Source: an uncultured Clostridia bacterium (GTDB lineage Bacteria > Bacillota > Clostridia > Oscillospirales > CAG-272). Taken from it: a stretch of DNA of 53,878 nt. A program made the position numbers and the translations under genes. The DNA lies in assembly GCA_947643245.1 (NCBI GenBank), contig CANRVI010000001.1, positions 1 to 53,878 of the forward strand, written 5' to 3'. Positions 1 to 9,588 of this stretch are shown here, in pieces. Each line of letters starts with the position of its first letter. Position 1 is the first letter of the stretch. The notes under the pieces are model-generated. The model was not told the DNA's origin. It did no database searches and saw only the letters and a list, made by a program, of their open reading frames with translations.

Positions 1-250
1 CGTATAAAATTTCCCCAGTCTCACAGTTTGCTGTTCCTGGTGTTGCGATACCAATATTTTGAATATCTTCCATTGTAAGGTTGGCCTCTGCTGCCACCTG
101 CCGGCACAATGCAGCGATGTCAGCGGTGATTTCGTCCGCGCTGCGGCTTGCATTGGTAGGGGTGGAGGCTTTTTTCACAATATTGTAGTTTTCATCTACG
201 ATACCTGCGGCAATATTGGTGCCGCCAAGATCAATTCCAATGTTATACAT
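1..250 (-). CDS. ROK-family sugar kinase (glucokinase-like), N-terminal ~83 codons; the gene runs off the window start
   Basis: Reverse-strand ATG at 250-248, then MYNIGIDLGGTNIAAGIVDENYNIVKKASTPT... The DLGGT phosphate-1 motif is typical of ROK/ASKHA kinases. It is absent from the ORF track because it is truncated. Confidence 0.75.
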   Translation of the reverse strand, partial: MYNIGIDLGGTNIAAGIVDENYNIVKKASTPTNASRSADEITADIAALCRQVAAEANLTMEDIQNIGIATPGTANCETGEILY

Positions 251-384
251 AATAAAGTATGCGTTCCTTTCCTTGGATATCCATATTATAAAGAGACGCC
301 TTTCTTTTGTCAAGAAGGCTAATGCCATTTTGGCACTCAATGGGTGATTTAACAAAAAGTTCACATTATATATCCACATTCTTA

Positions 385-413
385 TTGACTTTCCCAGCAT
401 AACATGGTAAATT
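385..413 (+). promoter_or_regulatory. sigma-A type promoter of the hrcA operon
   Basis: TTGACT (385-390), 17 nt spacer, TAAATT (408-413), immediately upstream of the CIRCE element. Confidence 0.6.
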
Positions 414-424
414 TAAAACAAGAT

Positions 425-451
425 TTAGCACTCTTTGATCAACAGTGCTAA
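425..451 (+). promoter_or_regulatory. CIRCE operator (HrcA binding site)
   Basis: TTAGCACTC-TTTGATCAA-CAGTGCTAA against the consensus TTAGCACTC-N9-GAGTGCTAA (1 mismatch). It lies between the promoter and the hrcA start. Confidence 0.9.
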
Positions 452-469
452 AAGAGAGGAGAAGCTGAC

Positions 470-1567
470 GTGAAACCGGAAGATGCCTTCCTGAGCGAAA
501 GAAAAAAATCGATTCTGAAAGCCATTGTAGACGCCCATATTGAAAACGGCGAACCGGTAGGCAGCAAATATCTTACCCAAGGCGGCAGATTTTCTTATTC
601 TTCCGCTACCATCCGCAATGAGATGGCGGAACTGGAAAATATGGGGTATCTAGAACAGCCTCATACATCTGCGGGTCGGGTTCCCAGTGAAGCGGGATAT
701 CGATTTTATGTAGATACGCTGGTGGAACGGTATCGGATGACCACGGAGGAAATTGAAAGTCTTCAGGCAACGCTGCGGGCTAAACAGGCGCAGCTGGATG
801 GGATATTGGACGCAGCCATGCATCTAGCATCCAGCATGACCAACTATACGGCGCTTGCTGTGCGGCCTAGAGTTTCGTCCATGACGGTACAGAAATATGA
901 GCTGGTCTGTATAGACGGCCGAAGTATCGTGCTGGTTATGGTGACGGCAGGAGGGGCGGTGCGTACCCAGAATATCGTGTGTCAGCAGCCGGTCCCAGAA
1001 GAAGCTGTAAAAAAACTGGCCAATCTTATGAATATCCGCCTTACAGGGATTACGGGGGATCAGATGACGCTGCCGCTGCTTATGGAGATTGAAGCTGCAA
1101 TGGGAGAATTTGCTTTCCTCGCGGCGCCTGTGGTGCGGTGCGTATGTCAGACGATCAGCGTTGTTTCCGGCGGAGAAGTAAAGGTAGACGGGGTCAACCG
1201 ACTCCTTTCTTACCCGGAGTTTTACGATATCGGGAAGTTGCGGGAAATGCTGGAGGCGCTGGAGCGCAAAGAAGACCTCTTGCAACTGGTGTCCGGAGAA
1301 CAGGCGCCCATGATGCTGGCAGGCCAGCAGGAGAGCGGCGTGCAGATATATATTGGAAGCGAAAATCCAGTAGTTACGTTGGATAACTCCACACTGGTTT
1401 TCAAACCGGTGCTAAAAGATGGAAAAACAGTAGGAGCCCTTGGCGTGATCGGTCCGAAGCGGATGAATTACAGGCGTGTGATTTCCATGATCGACGGGAT
1501 TGCCGACGGGATCCGTGAAGTGATAGACAACGACGCTCCGTCGGGAGATGGGGAGACAGCAAATTAG
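470..1567 (+). CDS. hrcA: heat-inducible transcription repressor HrcA
   Basis: GTG start after a GAGGAG RBS. The N-terminal winged helix (ERKKSILKAIVDAHIENGEPVGSKYL...SSATIRNEMAELENMGYLEQPHTSAGRVPS) is typical HrcA. It is the first gene of an hrcA-grpE-dnaK-dnaJ operon. Confidence 0.95.
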   Translation: MKPEDAFLSERKKSILKAIVDAHIENGEPVGSKYLTQGGRFSYSSATIRNEMAELENMGYLEQPHTSAGRVPSEAGYRFYVDTLVERYRMTTEEIESLQATLRAKQAQLDGILDAAMHLASSMTNYTALAVRPRVSSMTVQKYELVCIDGRSIVLVMVTAGGAVRTQNIVCQQPVPEEAVKKLANLMNIRLTGITGDQMTLPLLMEIEAAMGEFAFLAAPVVRCVCQTISVVSGGEVKVDGVNRLLSYPEFYDIGKLREMLEALERKEDLLQLVSGEQAPMMLAGQQESGVQIYIGSENPVVTLDNSTLVFKPVLKDGKTVGALGVIGPKRMNYRRVISMIDGIADGIREVIDNDAPSGDGETAN

Positions 1568-1579
1568 AGGGGGTATATA

Positions 1580-2152
1580 ATGGAACAAGAAACAGAGACC
1601 TTAGAAGAGATGCAGCCGGAAAAAACGGAAGCGCAGGAAAAGACGCCGGATAAAAAGGAAAAAAAGGCTGTTGATAAAGAGACAAAAAAACTACGCACTG
1701 CGGTTGAAAAGTTGGAAAAGGAATTGCAGGAGGCAAAGGATGCCGCTGCAGCGGCAGAGGATAAATACCTGCGTCTGGCAGCGGAGTATGATAACTTCCG
1801 CAAGAGAAGCCAAAAGGAGCGGGAAGGAATTTATAACGACGCTGCGGCAGATAGTATTAAGGAACTGCTGCCGATAATCGACAACCTGCAGCGGGCGACG
1901 GAATATACAGCTCCGGATAAAGTAGCGGAGGGGCTTGCAATGATTCTTGGCTCCTTGCCGGCGGTATTTGAGAAGATGAAAATCACGCCTTTTGGGGCCC
2001 CGGGGGACGCCTTTGATCCCAACATTCACAATGCGGTGATGCATGTGGAGGATGAAGCATATGGAGAAAGCGAGATCGTAGAAGTATTCCAGCAGGGATA
2101 CAGTATAGGGGATCGAATCGTTCGATATGCTATGGTAAAAGTAGCGAACTAA
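1580..2152 (+). CDS. grpE: nucleotide exchange factor GrpE
   Basis: Charged coiled-coil N-terminus, then YLRLAAEYDNFRKRSQKE...FDPNIHNAVMHVE, which are classical GrpE motifs. It sits between hrcA and dnaK. Confidence 0.95.
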   Translation: MEQETETLEEMQPEKTEAQEKTPDKKEKKAVDKETKKLRTAVEKLEKELQEAKDAAAAAEDKYLRLAAEYDNFRKRSQKEREGIYNDAAADSIKELLPIIDNLQRATEYTAPDKVAEGLAMILGSLPAVFEKMKITPFGAPGDAFDPNIHNAVMHVEDEAYGESEIVEVFQQGYSIGDRIVRYAMVKVAN

Positions 2153-2219
2153 AGCTGCATAAACAAACAATTTAGTACAATCAAATTTCACTTAAACAGA
2201 GTAAACGGAGGAAATGACA

Positions 2220-4076
2220 ATGGCAAAAATTATCGGTATAGATTTAGGAACCACAAACTCTTGTGTGGCGGTATTTGAAGGGGGAGAACCTAGCGTAATT
2301 CCAAACCCGGAAGGTGCTCGGACGACACCGTCTGTAGTGGCTTTTTCGAAAACGGGAGAGAGAATGGTGGGCCAGGTAGCAAAGCGCCAGGGTATCACTA
2401 ACCCAGACAGAACCGTTATGAGTATCAAGCGGGATATGGGTACAAATAAGAAAGTCACTATTGACGATAAGTCCTATACACCTCAGGAAATTTCAGCAAT
2501 GATTCTGCAGAAGCTGAAGGCAGATGCAGAGGCATATCTGGGCCAGCCGGTTAGCCAGGCGGTTATTACCGTTCCTGCATACTTCTCTGACGCGCAGCGT
2601 CAGGCTACAAAAGACGCAGGCAAAATTGCCGGCTTGGAAGTGCTTCGTATTATTAACGAGCCTACAGCGGCAGCGCTTGCTTATGGCGCAGACCAGGATA
2701 AGGATCAAAAAGTTATGATCTACGACTTGGGTGGCGGTACCTTTGACGTGTCTGTTTTGGAAATCAGCGATGACGGCGTGTTTGAAGTTCTGGCTACCGC
2801 CGGCAACAACAAACTGGGCGGCGACGACTTTGACCAGCGGATTATTGACTGGATCGCCGATACCTTTAAGCAGGAAAACGGTATCGATCTGCGCGAGGAC
2901 AAAATGGCGTTGCAGAGGCTGAAAGAGGCGGCTGAAAAGGCCAAAATTGAACTGTCCGGCGTGGCAAGCTCCAATATTAATCTGCCTTTTATCACAGCAG
3001 ACGCCACTGGTCCCAAGCATTTTGACGCAACGCTTACCCGTGCAAAATTTAACGAACTGACTGCCGATTTGGTGCAGAAAACTATTGAGCCTACAAAGCA
3101 GGCGCTCTCCGATGCAGGTCTTACTGCTGCCCAAATCGATAAGGTTCTTTTGGTGGGTGGTTCCACTCGTATCCCTGCCGTACAGGACGCGATTAAAAAC
3201 TATACAGGCAAAGAACCCTTTAAAGGAATCAACCCAGACGAATGTGTTGCCATTGGCGCAGCAATTCAGGGCGGTGTCCTTGGCGGTGATGTGAAGGATC
3301 TGCTTTTGCTGGATGTAACGCCCCTGTCTTTGGGTATTGAAACCTTAGGCGGTGTATTCAACCGAATCATTGACCGCAATACTACCATCCCTGTAAAGAA
3401 GAGCCAGGTATATTCTACCGCTGCAGATGGTCAGACTTCTGTAGAAATTCACGTGCTCCAAGGTGAGCGGGAAATGGCTGCAGGAAACACCACACTAGGC
3501 CGCTTCTCTTTGGATGGAATCGCACCTGCTCCCAGAGGCGTACCGCAAATTGAGGTTACCTTTGATATTGACGCAAACGGTATTGTAAATGTGTCAGCGA
3601 AAGATAAAGGCACCGGAAAAGAACAGCATATTACCATTACTTCTTCTACCAACATGTCTCAGGATGAAATTGACAAGGCGGTGAAGGATGCGGAGAAGTT
3701 TGCCGAAGAAGACAAGAAGCAGAAGGAAACCATTGAAATTAAAAATCGGGCAGAATCTCTAGTGTTCCAGTGTGAGAAAACATTGGGTGAACTGGGAGAT
3801 AAAATTGACGCAGGGGAAAAAGCGGAAGTGCAGTCTGCTGTGGATAAACTCCGTACTACAATTTCCGGCGGCGACACAGAAGCAATAAAGGCAGATATGG
3901 AAGCCCTTGAAAAATCCTTCTATAAGATCAGCGAAAAATTGTACCAGCAAAGCGGTGCGGGTGCGGATGCAGGAGCCGGCTTTGCAGGAGATCCTGGCGC
4001 GGGTGCTGCCGGAGATGGTGGAGACGGCACCTTCTATAGCGCGGATTACGAAGACAAGAGTGATACAAACGAATAA
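2220..4076 (+). CDS. dnaK: molecular chaperone DnaK (Hsp70)
   Basis: [18 protein letters not shown]..., [24 protein letters not shown]. The ORF opens at 2214, but GGAGG at 2207-2211 favours the ATG at 2220. Confidence 0.97.
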   Translation: MAKIIGIDLGTTNSCVAVFEGGEPSVIPNPEGARTTPSVVAFSKTGERMVGQVAKRQGITNPDRTVMSIKRDMGTNKKVTIDDKSYTPQEISAMILQKLKADAEAYLGQPVSQAVITVPAYFSDAQRQATKDAGKIAGLEVLRIINEPTAAALAYGADQDKDQKVMIYDLGGGTFDVSVLEISDDGVFEVLATAGNNKLGGDDFDQRIIDWIADTFKQENGIDLREDKMALQRLKEAAEKAKIELSGVASSNINLPFITADATGPKHFDATLTRAKFNELTADLVQKTIEPTKQALSDAGLTAAQIDKVLLVGGSTRIPAVQDAIKNYTGKEPFKGINPDECVAIGAAIQGGVLGGDVKDLLLLDVTPLSLGIETLGGVFNRIIDRNTTIPVKKSQVYSTAADGQTSVEIHVLQGEREMAAGNTTLGRFSLDGIAPAPRGVPQIEVTFDIDANGIVNVSAKDKGTGKEQHITITSSTNMSQDEIDKAVKDAEKFAEEDKKQKETIEIKNRAESLVFQCEKTLGELGDKIDAGEKAEVQSAVDKLRTTISGGDTEAIKADMEALEKSFYKISEKLYQQSGAGADAGAGFAGDPGAGAAGDGGDGTFYSADYEDKSDTNE

Positions 4077-4101
4077 GATTGCATAAAAAGTCAGCCGGGA
4101 T

Positions 4102-4124
4102 GCCGGGGCAAAATTTGCCCCGGC
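4102..4124 (+). terminator. intra-operon hairpin between dnaK and dnaJ (partial terminator or RNA-processing site)
   Basis: GCCGGGGCA-AAATT-TGCCCCGGC perfect 9-bp stem. It is followed by only a short T run (tgtttc). Confidence 0.5.
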
Positions 4125-4157
4125 TGTTTCCCGCTGATAGAGAAGGGTAGACAGTAC

Positions 4158-5282
4158 ATGGCAGAAAAACGTGATTATTATGAAGTGCTGGGGCTTGCTA
4201 AGGGAGCGTCTGAGGATGAGATAAAAAAATCTTATCGAAAGCTGGCCAAGCAGTACCACCCGGACATGAACCCCGGCGACAAGGTGGCTGAGGGAAAATT
4301 TAAAGAAGTCAACGAAGCATATGATGTTCTTTCAGATCCGGATAAGAAAGCAAAATACGATCAGTATGGACATGCAGCTTTTGATCCTGCGTCCGGCTTT
4401 GGCGGAGGCGGCGGAGGATTTGGATTTGACGGCTTTGACATATCGGACATTTTTTCCAGCTTTTTTGGAGGTGGATCTTCCCGCCGCTCCAATGGGCCTG
4501 TCCGTGGGGACGATGTGCGTCTACGGGTAACCCTTACCTTTGAAGAGGCGGTTTTTGGATGTAAGAAAGAAGTACAGTATCAGCGGATACAAAAGTGTCC
4601 GGACTGCAGCGGCAGCGGCGCCGCTAAGGGAACCAGCGCCAAGCAGTGTCCGGACTGCGGCGGACGCGGGCAGGTGAATGCCCAGCAGCGTACCCCCTTT
4701 GGCCTGATGCAGACGACCAAAACCTGTGATCGATGCCGTGGCAGCGGAAAGATTATAGAAACGCCCTGTAAAAACTGCCGTGGCGGCGGATATGTTCGCG
4801 CTTCGAAAAAACTAGAGGTATCCATCCCTGCGGGAATCGACGACGGTCAGGGCATCGCTTTGCGGGGAGAGGGAAGCGATGGCAGAAATGGCGGCCCGGC
4901 AGGGGATCTCACTATTTCAGTCAACGTGCGCCCCCATGCTTTTTTTGAGCGGGATGGCTATGATATATACTGTGATGTTCCCGTCACCTTTGCAGATGCT
5001 GCTTTGGGTGCAGAGCTACAGGTGCCTACTATTGATGGAAACGAAACCTTGCGTATTCCCGAAGGAACGCAAACCGGTACTACATTTACCTTAAAGAATA
5101 AAGGTGTGCAGGTGGTCAATTCCAAGAACAGGGGGAACATGTACATTACTGTGGTGGTGGAGGTTCCTAAGGGCCTGAGTGCCAAGCAGAAGGATTTGCT
5201 GCGTGCGTTCAGCGATTCCTGTGGCAGCGGCAATCATTCTAAAAGAGAAAAATTTATGAAGAAGTTCTTTAGAAAGGACTAA
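4158..5282 (+). CDS. dnaJ: co-chaperone DnaJ
   Basis: J domain (DYYEVLGL...YHPDMNPGD), G/F-rich linker and four CxxCxGxG zinc-finger repeats ([32 protein letters not shown]). Confidence 0.97.
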   Translation: MAEKRDYYEVLGLAKGASEDEIKKSYRKLAKQYHPDMNPGDKVAEGKFKEVNEAYDVLSDPDKKAKYDQYGHAAFDPASGFGGGGGGFGFDGFDISDIFSSFFGGGSSRRSNGPVRGDDVRLRVTLTFEEAVFGCKKEVQYQRIQKCPDCSGSGAAKGTSAKQCPDCGGRGQVNAQQRTPFGLMQTTKTCDRCRGSGKIIETPCKNCRGGGYVRASKKLEVSIPAGIDDGQGIALRGEGSDGRNGGPAGDLTISVNVRPHAFFERDGYDIYCDVPVTFADAALGAELQVPTIDGNETLRIPEGTQTGTTFTLKNKGVQVVNSKNRGNMYITVVVEVPKGLSAKQKDLLRAFSDSCGSGNHSKREKFMKKFFRKD

Positions 5283-5284
5283 CA

Positions 5285-6208
5285 ATGGATAGCTGGATTC
5301 AGATCAAAGTGACGGCAGCGCGGCAGTACTTAGACGATTTATGTGCAGTGATGAGCATGGTTGATAATTCTCTTATGGTAGAGGACTTCTCCGACGTAGA
5401 GCAGGAACTGGACGGGGTATATGGTGATTTGATTGATCAGGAGCTGCTGGAGCGAGATCGGACGGTGGCGTCTGTTTCCGTGTTCATTCCTGCAGAAAAA
5501 AGCCCTGCAGAATCAGAGGGCTTTATTCGGCAGCGGCTGGAGACATTGGAAATTCCAGCGAATATAGAGTGTATCGGGGTGCATGAAGAAGACTGGGCCA
5601 ACTCTTGGAAGCAGTATTACAAGCCCATTAAAACAGGCGAACGGCTGGTAATCGTGCCTGAATGGGAGAAGTATGATGCGGCAGATGGAGAGCTTGTGGT
5701 GTTGATGGACCCGGGAATGGCCTTCGGAACAGGAACTCACGAAACAACCCGTCTGTGTGCGATGCTGCTGGAGCAGTATGTGCATCCCGGGGACACAATG
5801 CTGGATGTAGGCTGCGGCAGCGGAATTTTAGCGATATGCGCTGCAAAGCTGGGGGCCGGGCATTGTTTTGCCTGCGATATCGACCCGGTAGCGGTCCGGA
5901 TTGCTGGGGAAAATGCTGTACTTAATCAGACTTCTCAGGTAGAGACAGGCGTATCCGATTTGTTGGCGCAGGCGAAGACGGTGCCAGGAGGGTACAAGGT
6001 TTGCTGCGCCAATATTGTGGCGGATGTAATTATCCGTATGGCGCCGGATATCGACCGTTTTATGGCAAGAGATGGTGTGCTGATTGTGTCTGGAATTATT
6101 ACGGAGCGGGCTGCGGAGACGGTCTCAGCTTTGGAACAGGTCGGCTGGAGTCTAATTGATCAGCGCAGGGAAAACGGATGGTTTGCAGGCGCGCTGAAGC
6201 ATAGCTGA
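5285..6208 (+). CDS. prmA: ribosomal protein L11 methyltransferase PrmA
   Basis: PrmA layout with AFGTGTHETTRLC and the SAM motif LDVGCGSGILAI. It starts 2 nt after the dnaJ stop, the usual dnaJ-prmA synteny. Confidence 0.92.
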   Translation: MDSWIQIKVTAARQYLDDLCAVMSMVDNSLMVEDFSDVEQELDGVYGDLIDQELLERDRTVASVSVFIPAEKSPAESEGFIRQRLETLEIPANIECIGVHEEDWANSWKQYYKPIKTGERLVIVPEWEKYDAADGELVVLMDPGMAFGTGTHETTRLCAMLLEQYVHPGDTMLDVGCGSGILAICAAKLGAGHCFACDIDPVAVRIAGENAVLNQTSQVETGVSDLLAQAKTVPGGYKVCCANIVADVIIRMAPDIDRFMARDGVLIVSGIITERAAETVSALEQVGWSLIDQRRENGWFAGALKHS

Positions 6209-6303
6209 CGAATGAAAAGAAAAGATATGTTAGACGCAAAAAACTTCCCATTCTATTTCCTTGCTTAAATGAGTTTTCTGTTAACCTTAATTTAAATATT
6301 TTG

Positions 6304-6987
6304 TTACCTTGTCGGCATTTGAAAGTTCACAAGTGCCTTGTTCAAATAGTCATTAAAAGGTTTCATGATTCTAAACATTTCTGCTGCCTTTGCAAGAAAT
6401 GCTTCTGTATCGTTCAATTCTTCATCCTTTATCTGATATTCCAGATACCAACTTTTAAATTTTAAATATTCTGCTTGCGGATGTTCTTTTTCATATCCCG
6501 CAGGAACATTCTTTAATGCCCTCCCCTGTACAGTGAATTTTTTTTCAAACGCTGGCTTATGGATGATCGTTTCCCATTCTGCGCCATTCTGGGCAATATA
6601 ATCCCGTATCATTGTTGTTGCATCTTTAAACATATCTGCAAATAAGCCGCCGCCCAGAAAGGACTGATCGCCCGGCTTTATCATAAGATAATATCCGACG
6701 GGAACAGGTAGCTTTCCCTTAGAGGAAATATGGGCACGGAACGCAGGATTATAGGGTGATTTATCGTGGCTGAAGCGTGTATCCCTTACAATTTTAAATA
6801 TAAGGTCTTTTGGATTGTTATGTAAAATGCTGCTGTCAAACTTTCCAATTTCCAACATTAATTTCTGTAATAGTTCTTCAAACGCAGCATTTGCTTTTTT
6901 ATAATCTTCTTTGTTTGCATGATACCAATCACGGTTGTTATTCATGCTCAAGGCTGATAAATAATTTAAGATTTTCTGTGTATTCAT
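6304..6987 (-). CDS. DUF2461 (TIGR02453) family protein, function unknown
   Basis: LSMNNNRDWYHANKEDYKKA...IFKIVRDTRFSHDKSPYNPAFRAHIS matches my recollection of the DUF2461 signature (NN..W....K..Y; RD.RFS.DK.PY). The region is visibly AT-rich. Confidence 0.75.
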   Translation of the reverse strand: MNTQKILNYLSALSMNNNRDWYHANKEDYKKANAAFEELLQKLMLEIGKFDSSILHNNPKDLIFKIVRDTRFSHDKSPYNPAFRAHISSKGKLPVPVGYYLMIKPGDQSFLGGGLFADMFKDATTMIRDYIAQNGAEWETIIHKPAFEKKFTVQGRALKNVPAGYEKEHPQAEYLKFKSWYLEYQIKDEELNDTEAFLAKAAEMFRIMKPFNDYLNKALVNFQMPTR

Positions 6988-7001
6988 AATTTATTTTTCC
7001 T

Positions 7002-7853
7002 CTATGTATTCTGAATAATGGAAAACTGCGTGGAATCTAACAATTCCTGTATCTGACGTTTTGTTTGTTCTGGAGACTGGTAAGACTTACAAAACGAGAA
7101 ATCCTGTGATAAGGCGTCGATATCTTCCATAGCATTTTTTACTTTAATCATAGTTTGAACGGAAATTTCCGTGGCTGCTGTGTAATCCAGTTGTAGCGGA
7201 TTTATCCTGTGGCTTTGTATTGCATAATTTACTCTGTCTTCACACTTGCATCTGCCGCTTCCATATTCTCCGCAATACTTTCCAAGAAATTCGGCCATTT
7301 TTTTGCGTATCCGAGAAAGTCGCTGACGGTAGGCCTCTGGGGTCATTTCCAAAATATCTCCTGCAATGCGGCTGTCAACCTTAAACATTGTACCCAATAT
7401 AAAAATGCATCTGCTTTCCGTATCAAGACATTGCAGCATCACGTTGGTACAGGACATTTTCAGCTCCTCCGCTAAAATATCCTTTTCCACATTCTGTGTT
7501 AAGTCTGGCACATCATGTATTTTTCCGTTTTCTATGTCATCCCCAAAATACGCAAAGCTCAACGGGTAGTGTGCAAACATATGCTTTTTGTAATTTTTCA
7601 GATGATTTGCAGCAATGCTGAATACCCATGTTGTAAATGAGCTGTCTCCCCTAAAAGATGACAAATGCGTAATCATTTTCAGCAAAATGTCCTGTGTGGC
7701 ATCCTCCGCATCTGAAAATGTGCCGAGCATCCGCAGGGATAAATTGAATACAATGTCCTGCACACCTATGACAAGGGTTTCAAGGGCTTTTTTATCCCCT
7801 GCTGTGGCTTTGCTGACCAAAGTCTGTAATTCTTCATTTGTTTTTTTATTCAT
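7002..7853 (-). CDS. ECF-type sigma-70 family RNA polymerase sigma factor with ~85-aa C-terminal extension
   Basis: Region 2 is DAEDATQDILLKMITHLSSFRGDSSFTTWVFSIAANHL. Region 4 is RIAGDILEMTPEAYRQRLSRIRKKMAEFL. An extra tail then starts with YCGEYGSGRCKCEDR. The gene lies 14 nt upstream of the DUF2461 gene. Confidence 0.85.
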   Translation of the reverse strand: MNKKTNEELQTLVSKATAGDKKALETLVIGVQDIVFNLSLRMLGTFSDAEDATQDILLKMITHLSSFRGDSSFTTWVFSIAANHLKNYKKHMFAHYPLSFAYFGDDIENGKIHDVPDLTQNVEKDILAEELKMSCTNVMLQCLDTESRCIFILGTMFKVDSRIAGDILEMTPEAYRQRLSRIRKKMAEFLGKYCGEYGSGRCKCEDRVNYAIQSHRINPLQLDYTAATEISVQTMIKVKNAMEDIDALSQDFSFCKSYQSPEQTKRQIQELLDSTQFSIIQNT

Positions 7854-8167
7854 AAATTTTTACCTCCTGCTTTATTAGACAACGCTTTCTTGTCTGTGTG
7901 ACAAAAATATATATTTTTATAAGCAATGTTAATTTCTCATATTGTCATAACTCCAACTACTCAAAATAATTATAATCTGTATGCTTATCTGATTACAATA
8001 AATACTTTGTAAAATTATCATACTTATGCGTAAATGATTTCCTCGTTCACATGTAAAAACTCCATTTCTGAATTGTTTGGTTTCTGTGGGGTATCTGCAA
8101 GCAATATATCAGCAGGCTGTGTTGTTATCTTGGAAGTTAAGTAATCCCCGTCCGTCTTTTACCACAT

Positions 8168-8210
8168 ATAAAAATACACCTCCCTCTTGTGAGGGGAGGT
8201 GTATTTTTAT
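8168..8210 (-). terminator. strong intrinsic terminator (second of two after lysA; flanked by A and T runs, so possibly bidirectional)
   Basis: ATAAAAATACACCTCCCTC-ttgt-GAGGGGAGGTGTATTTTTAT, a ~19-bp stem with a one-base bulge. A U run follows on the minus strand. Confidence 0.8.
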
Positions 8211-8239
8211 ATGTTAAATATCGTTTTCTAATTGCGATA

Positions 8240-8266
8240 AACAGGAGGGATTCCCCCCCTCCTGTT
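8240..8266 (-). terminator. hairpin overlapping the lysA stop codon
   Basis: AACAGGAGGG-attcccc-CCCTCCTGTT, a 10-bp stem. The U tract on the minus strand is weak. Confidence 0.5.
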
Positions 8267-9560
8267 ACATATCATTACGACATAAATCCTCGTAGGATTC
8301 TTTGCGTACCGCAATATAATCCTTTCCATCCCGCACCATTACCACGGGCGGCCGTGGGATTCGGTTATAATTAGATGCCATAGAGTAATTATACGCTCCG
8401 GTTACCAGCACGGCCAGCGTATCTCCCCGCATTGGCTTTGGCAGCATCACATCCTCCTGAATGATATCGCCGCTTTCGCAGCAGCGCCCGGCTATGGTGG
8501 CGCAAAAGTCTGCCGTATCTGATGGTCGATTGGCTAACAGTGTGGTATAATCCGATTCATATAACGCATACCGAATGTTATCGGTCATACCGCCGTCTAC
8601 GGATACGTAGCTTTTATATCCGGTAATAGTTTTGGCGCTGCCTACTGTATAAAGGGTCATGCCGCTGTCTGCCACAATACTCCGCCCTGGTTCCATAAGG
8701 ATATCCGGCTGCTGGATGGAAAGCTCGCTGCAAATTCTTTGAATTTCTCCTGCAAGTCCCCGAATGTTCGACTCGTAGTCAACAACTGGATCACGCTCCA
8801 CATAGCGCACACCAAATCCGCCGCCTAGATTTAGGATTCGAATTTCGTGGCCACATGCGTCCAGCAGGGTGCGAATGAAGCGCAGCATAATTTCTGCAGC
8901 GTCCCGGAAAGGATAATAATCGAAAATTTGTGAGCCGATGTGGCAGTGGAAGCCTTCTAAATCCACTCCTGAAAGACTAAGAGCATATTTGCATAGCTCC
9001 AGCGCTTGTCCCGTTTCAATTGCAGTTCCAAATTTAGAATCGACCTTGCCGGTGGAAATTTTTTTCTGGGTGTGGGGATCAATGCCAGGAGTGAGCCGCA
9101 GCAATATTTTTTGCCGGATTCCATGCCGCAAGGCGCAGGCATTGACTGCCTCCAATTCTTCCCGGTTGTCCACGATAAAATAGCCGATTCCAACATTTAT
9201 AGCGTATTCTATGTCCGCATCCGTCTTATTGTTTCCGTGGAAGAATGCCTTTTCCATAGGGAATCCGGCAGCGTTTGCCGTATATAACTCTCCGGGAGAT
9301 ACGATATCCGTGCCCATGCCCATCTCGGCAATGATTGCGTACATTCGTTTAAAGCAGCAGGACTTACTGGCAAAAATCGGACGGGATCCTTCACCCATAT
9401 ATTTTCGCATAGCGTCAATATATGTCCGACAGTTTTCCCGGATGCGGTTCTCGTCCATGAGGTACAGGGGCGTTCCGTATTTTTTTGCAAGCTCTACTGT
9501 GTCCATGTCGGCAAGGGTTAGATGCCCTGCTTCGTTGATGGATAAATTTTTATGCAGCAT
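8265..9560 (-). CDS. lysA: diaminopimelate decarboxylase LysA
   Basis: PLP-dependent group IV decarboxylase pattern (FASKSCCF with the PLP lysine, HCHIGSQI, LNLGGGFGV, ESGD, GAYNYSM), 431 aa. Confidence 0.93.
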   Translation of the reverse strand: MLHKNLSINEAGHLTLADMDTVELAKKYGTPLYLMDENRIRENCRTYIDAMRKYMGEGSRPIFASKSCCFKRMYAIIAEMGMGTDIVSPGELYTANAAGFPMEKAFFHGNNKTDADIEYAINVGIGYFIVDNREELEAVNACALRHGIRQKILLRLTPGIDPHTQKKISTGKVDSKFGTAIETGQALELCKYALSLSGVDLEGFHCHIGSQIFDYYPFRDAAEIMLRFIRTLLDACGHEIRILNLGGGFGVRYVERDPVVDYESNIRGLAGEIQRICSELSIQQPDILMEPGRSIVADSGMTLYTVGSAKTITGYKSYVSVDGGMTDNIRYALYESDYTTLLANRPSDTADFCATIAGRCCESGDIIQEDVMLPKPMRGDTLAVLVTGAYNYSMASNYNRIPRPPVVMVRDGKDYIAVRKESYEDLCRNDM

Positions 9561-9588
9561 ATATTTTGTCCTTTACTTATTATAACAT

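Noticed and set aside
328-356. Possible second CIRCE element (TTGGCACTC-AATGGGTGA-TTTAACAAA) upstream of the hrcA promoter.
   Set aside because: Only the left half resembles CIRCE, and the right half has essentially no match to GAGTGCTAA.
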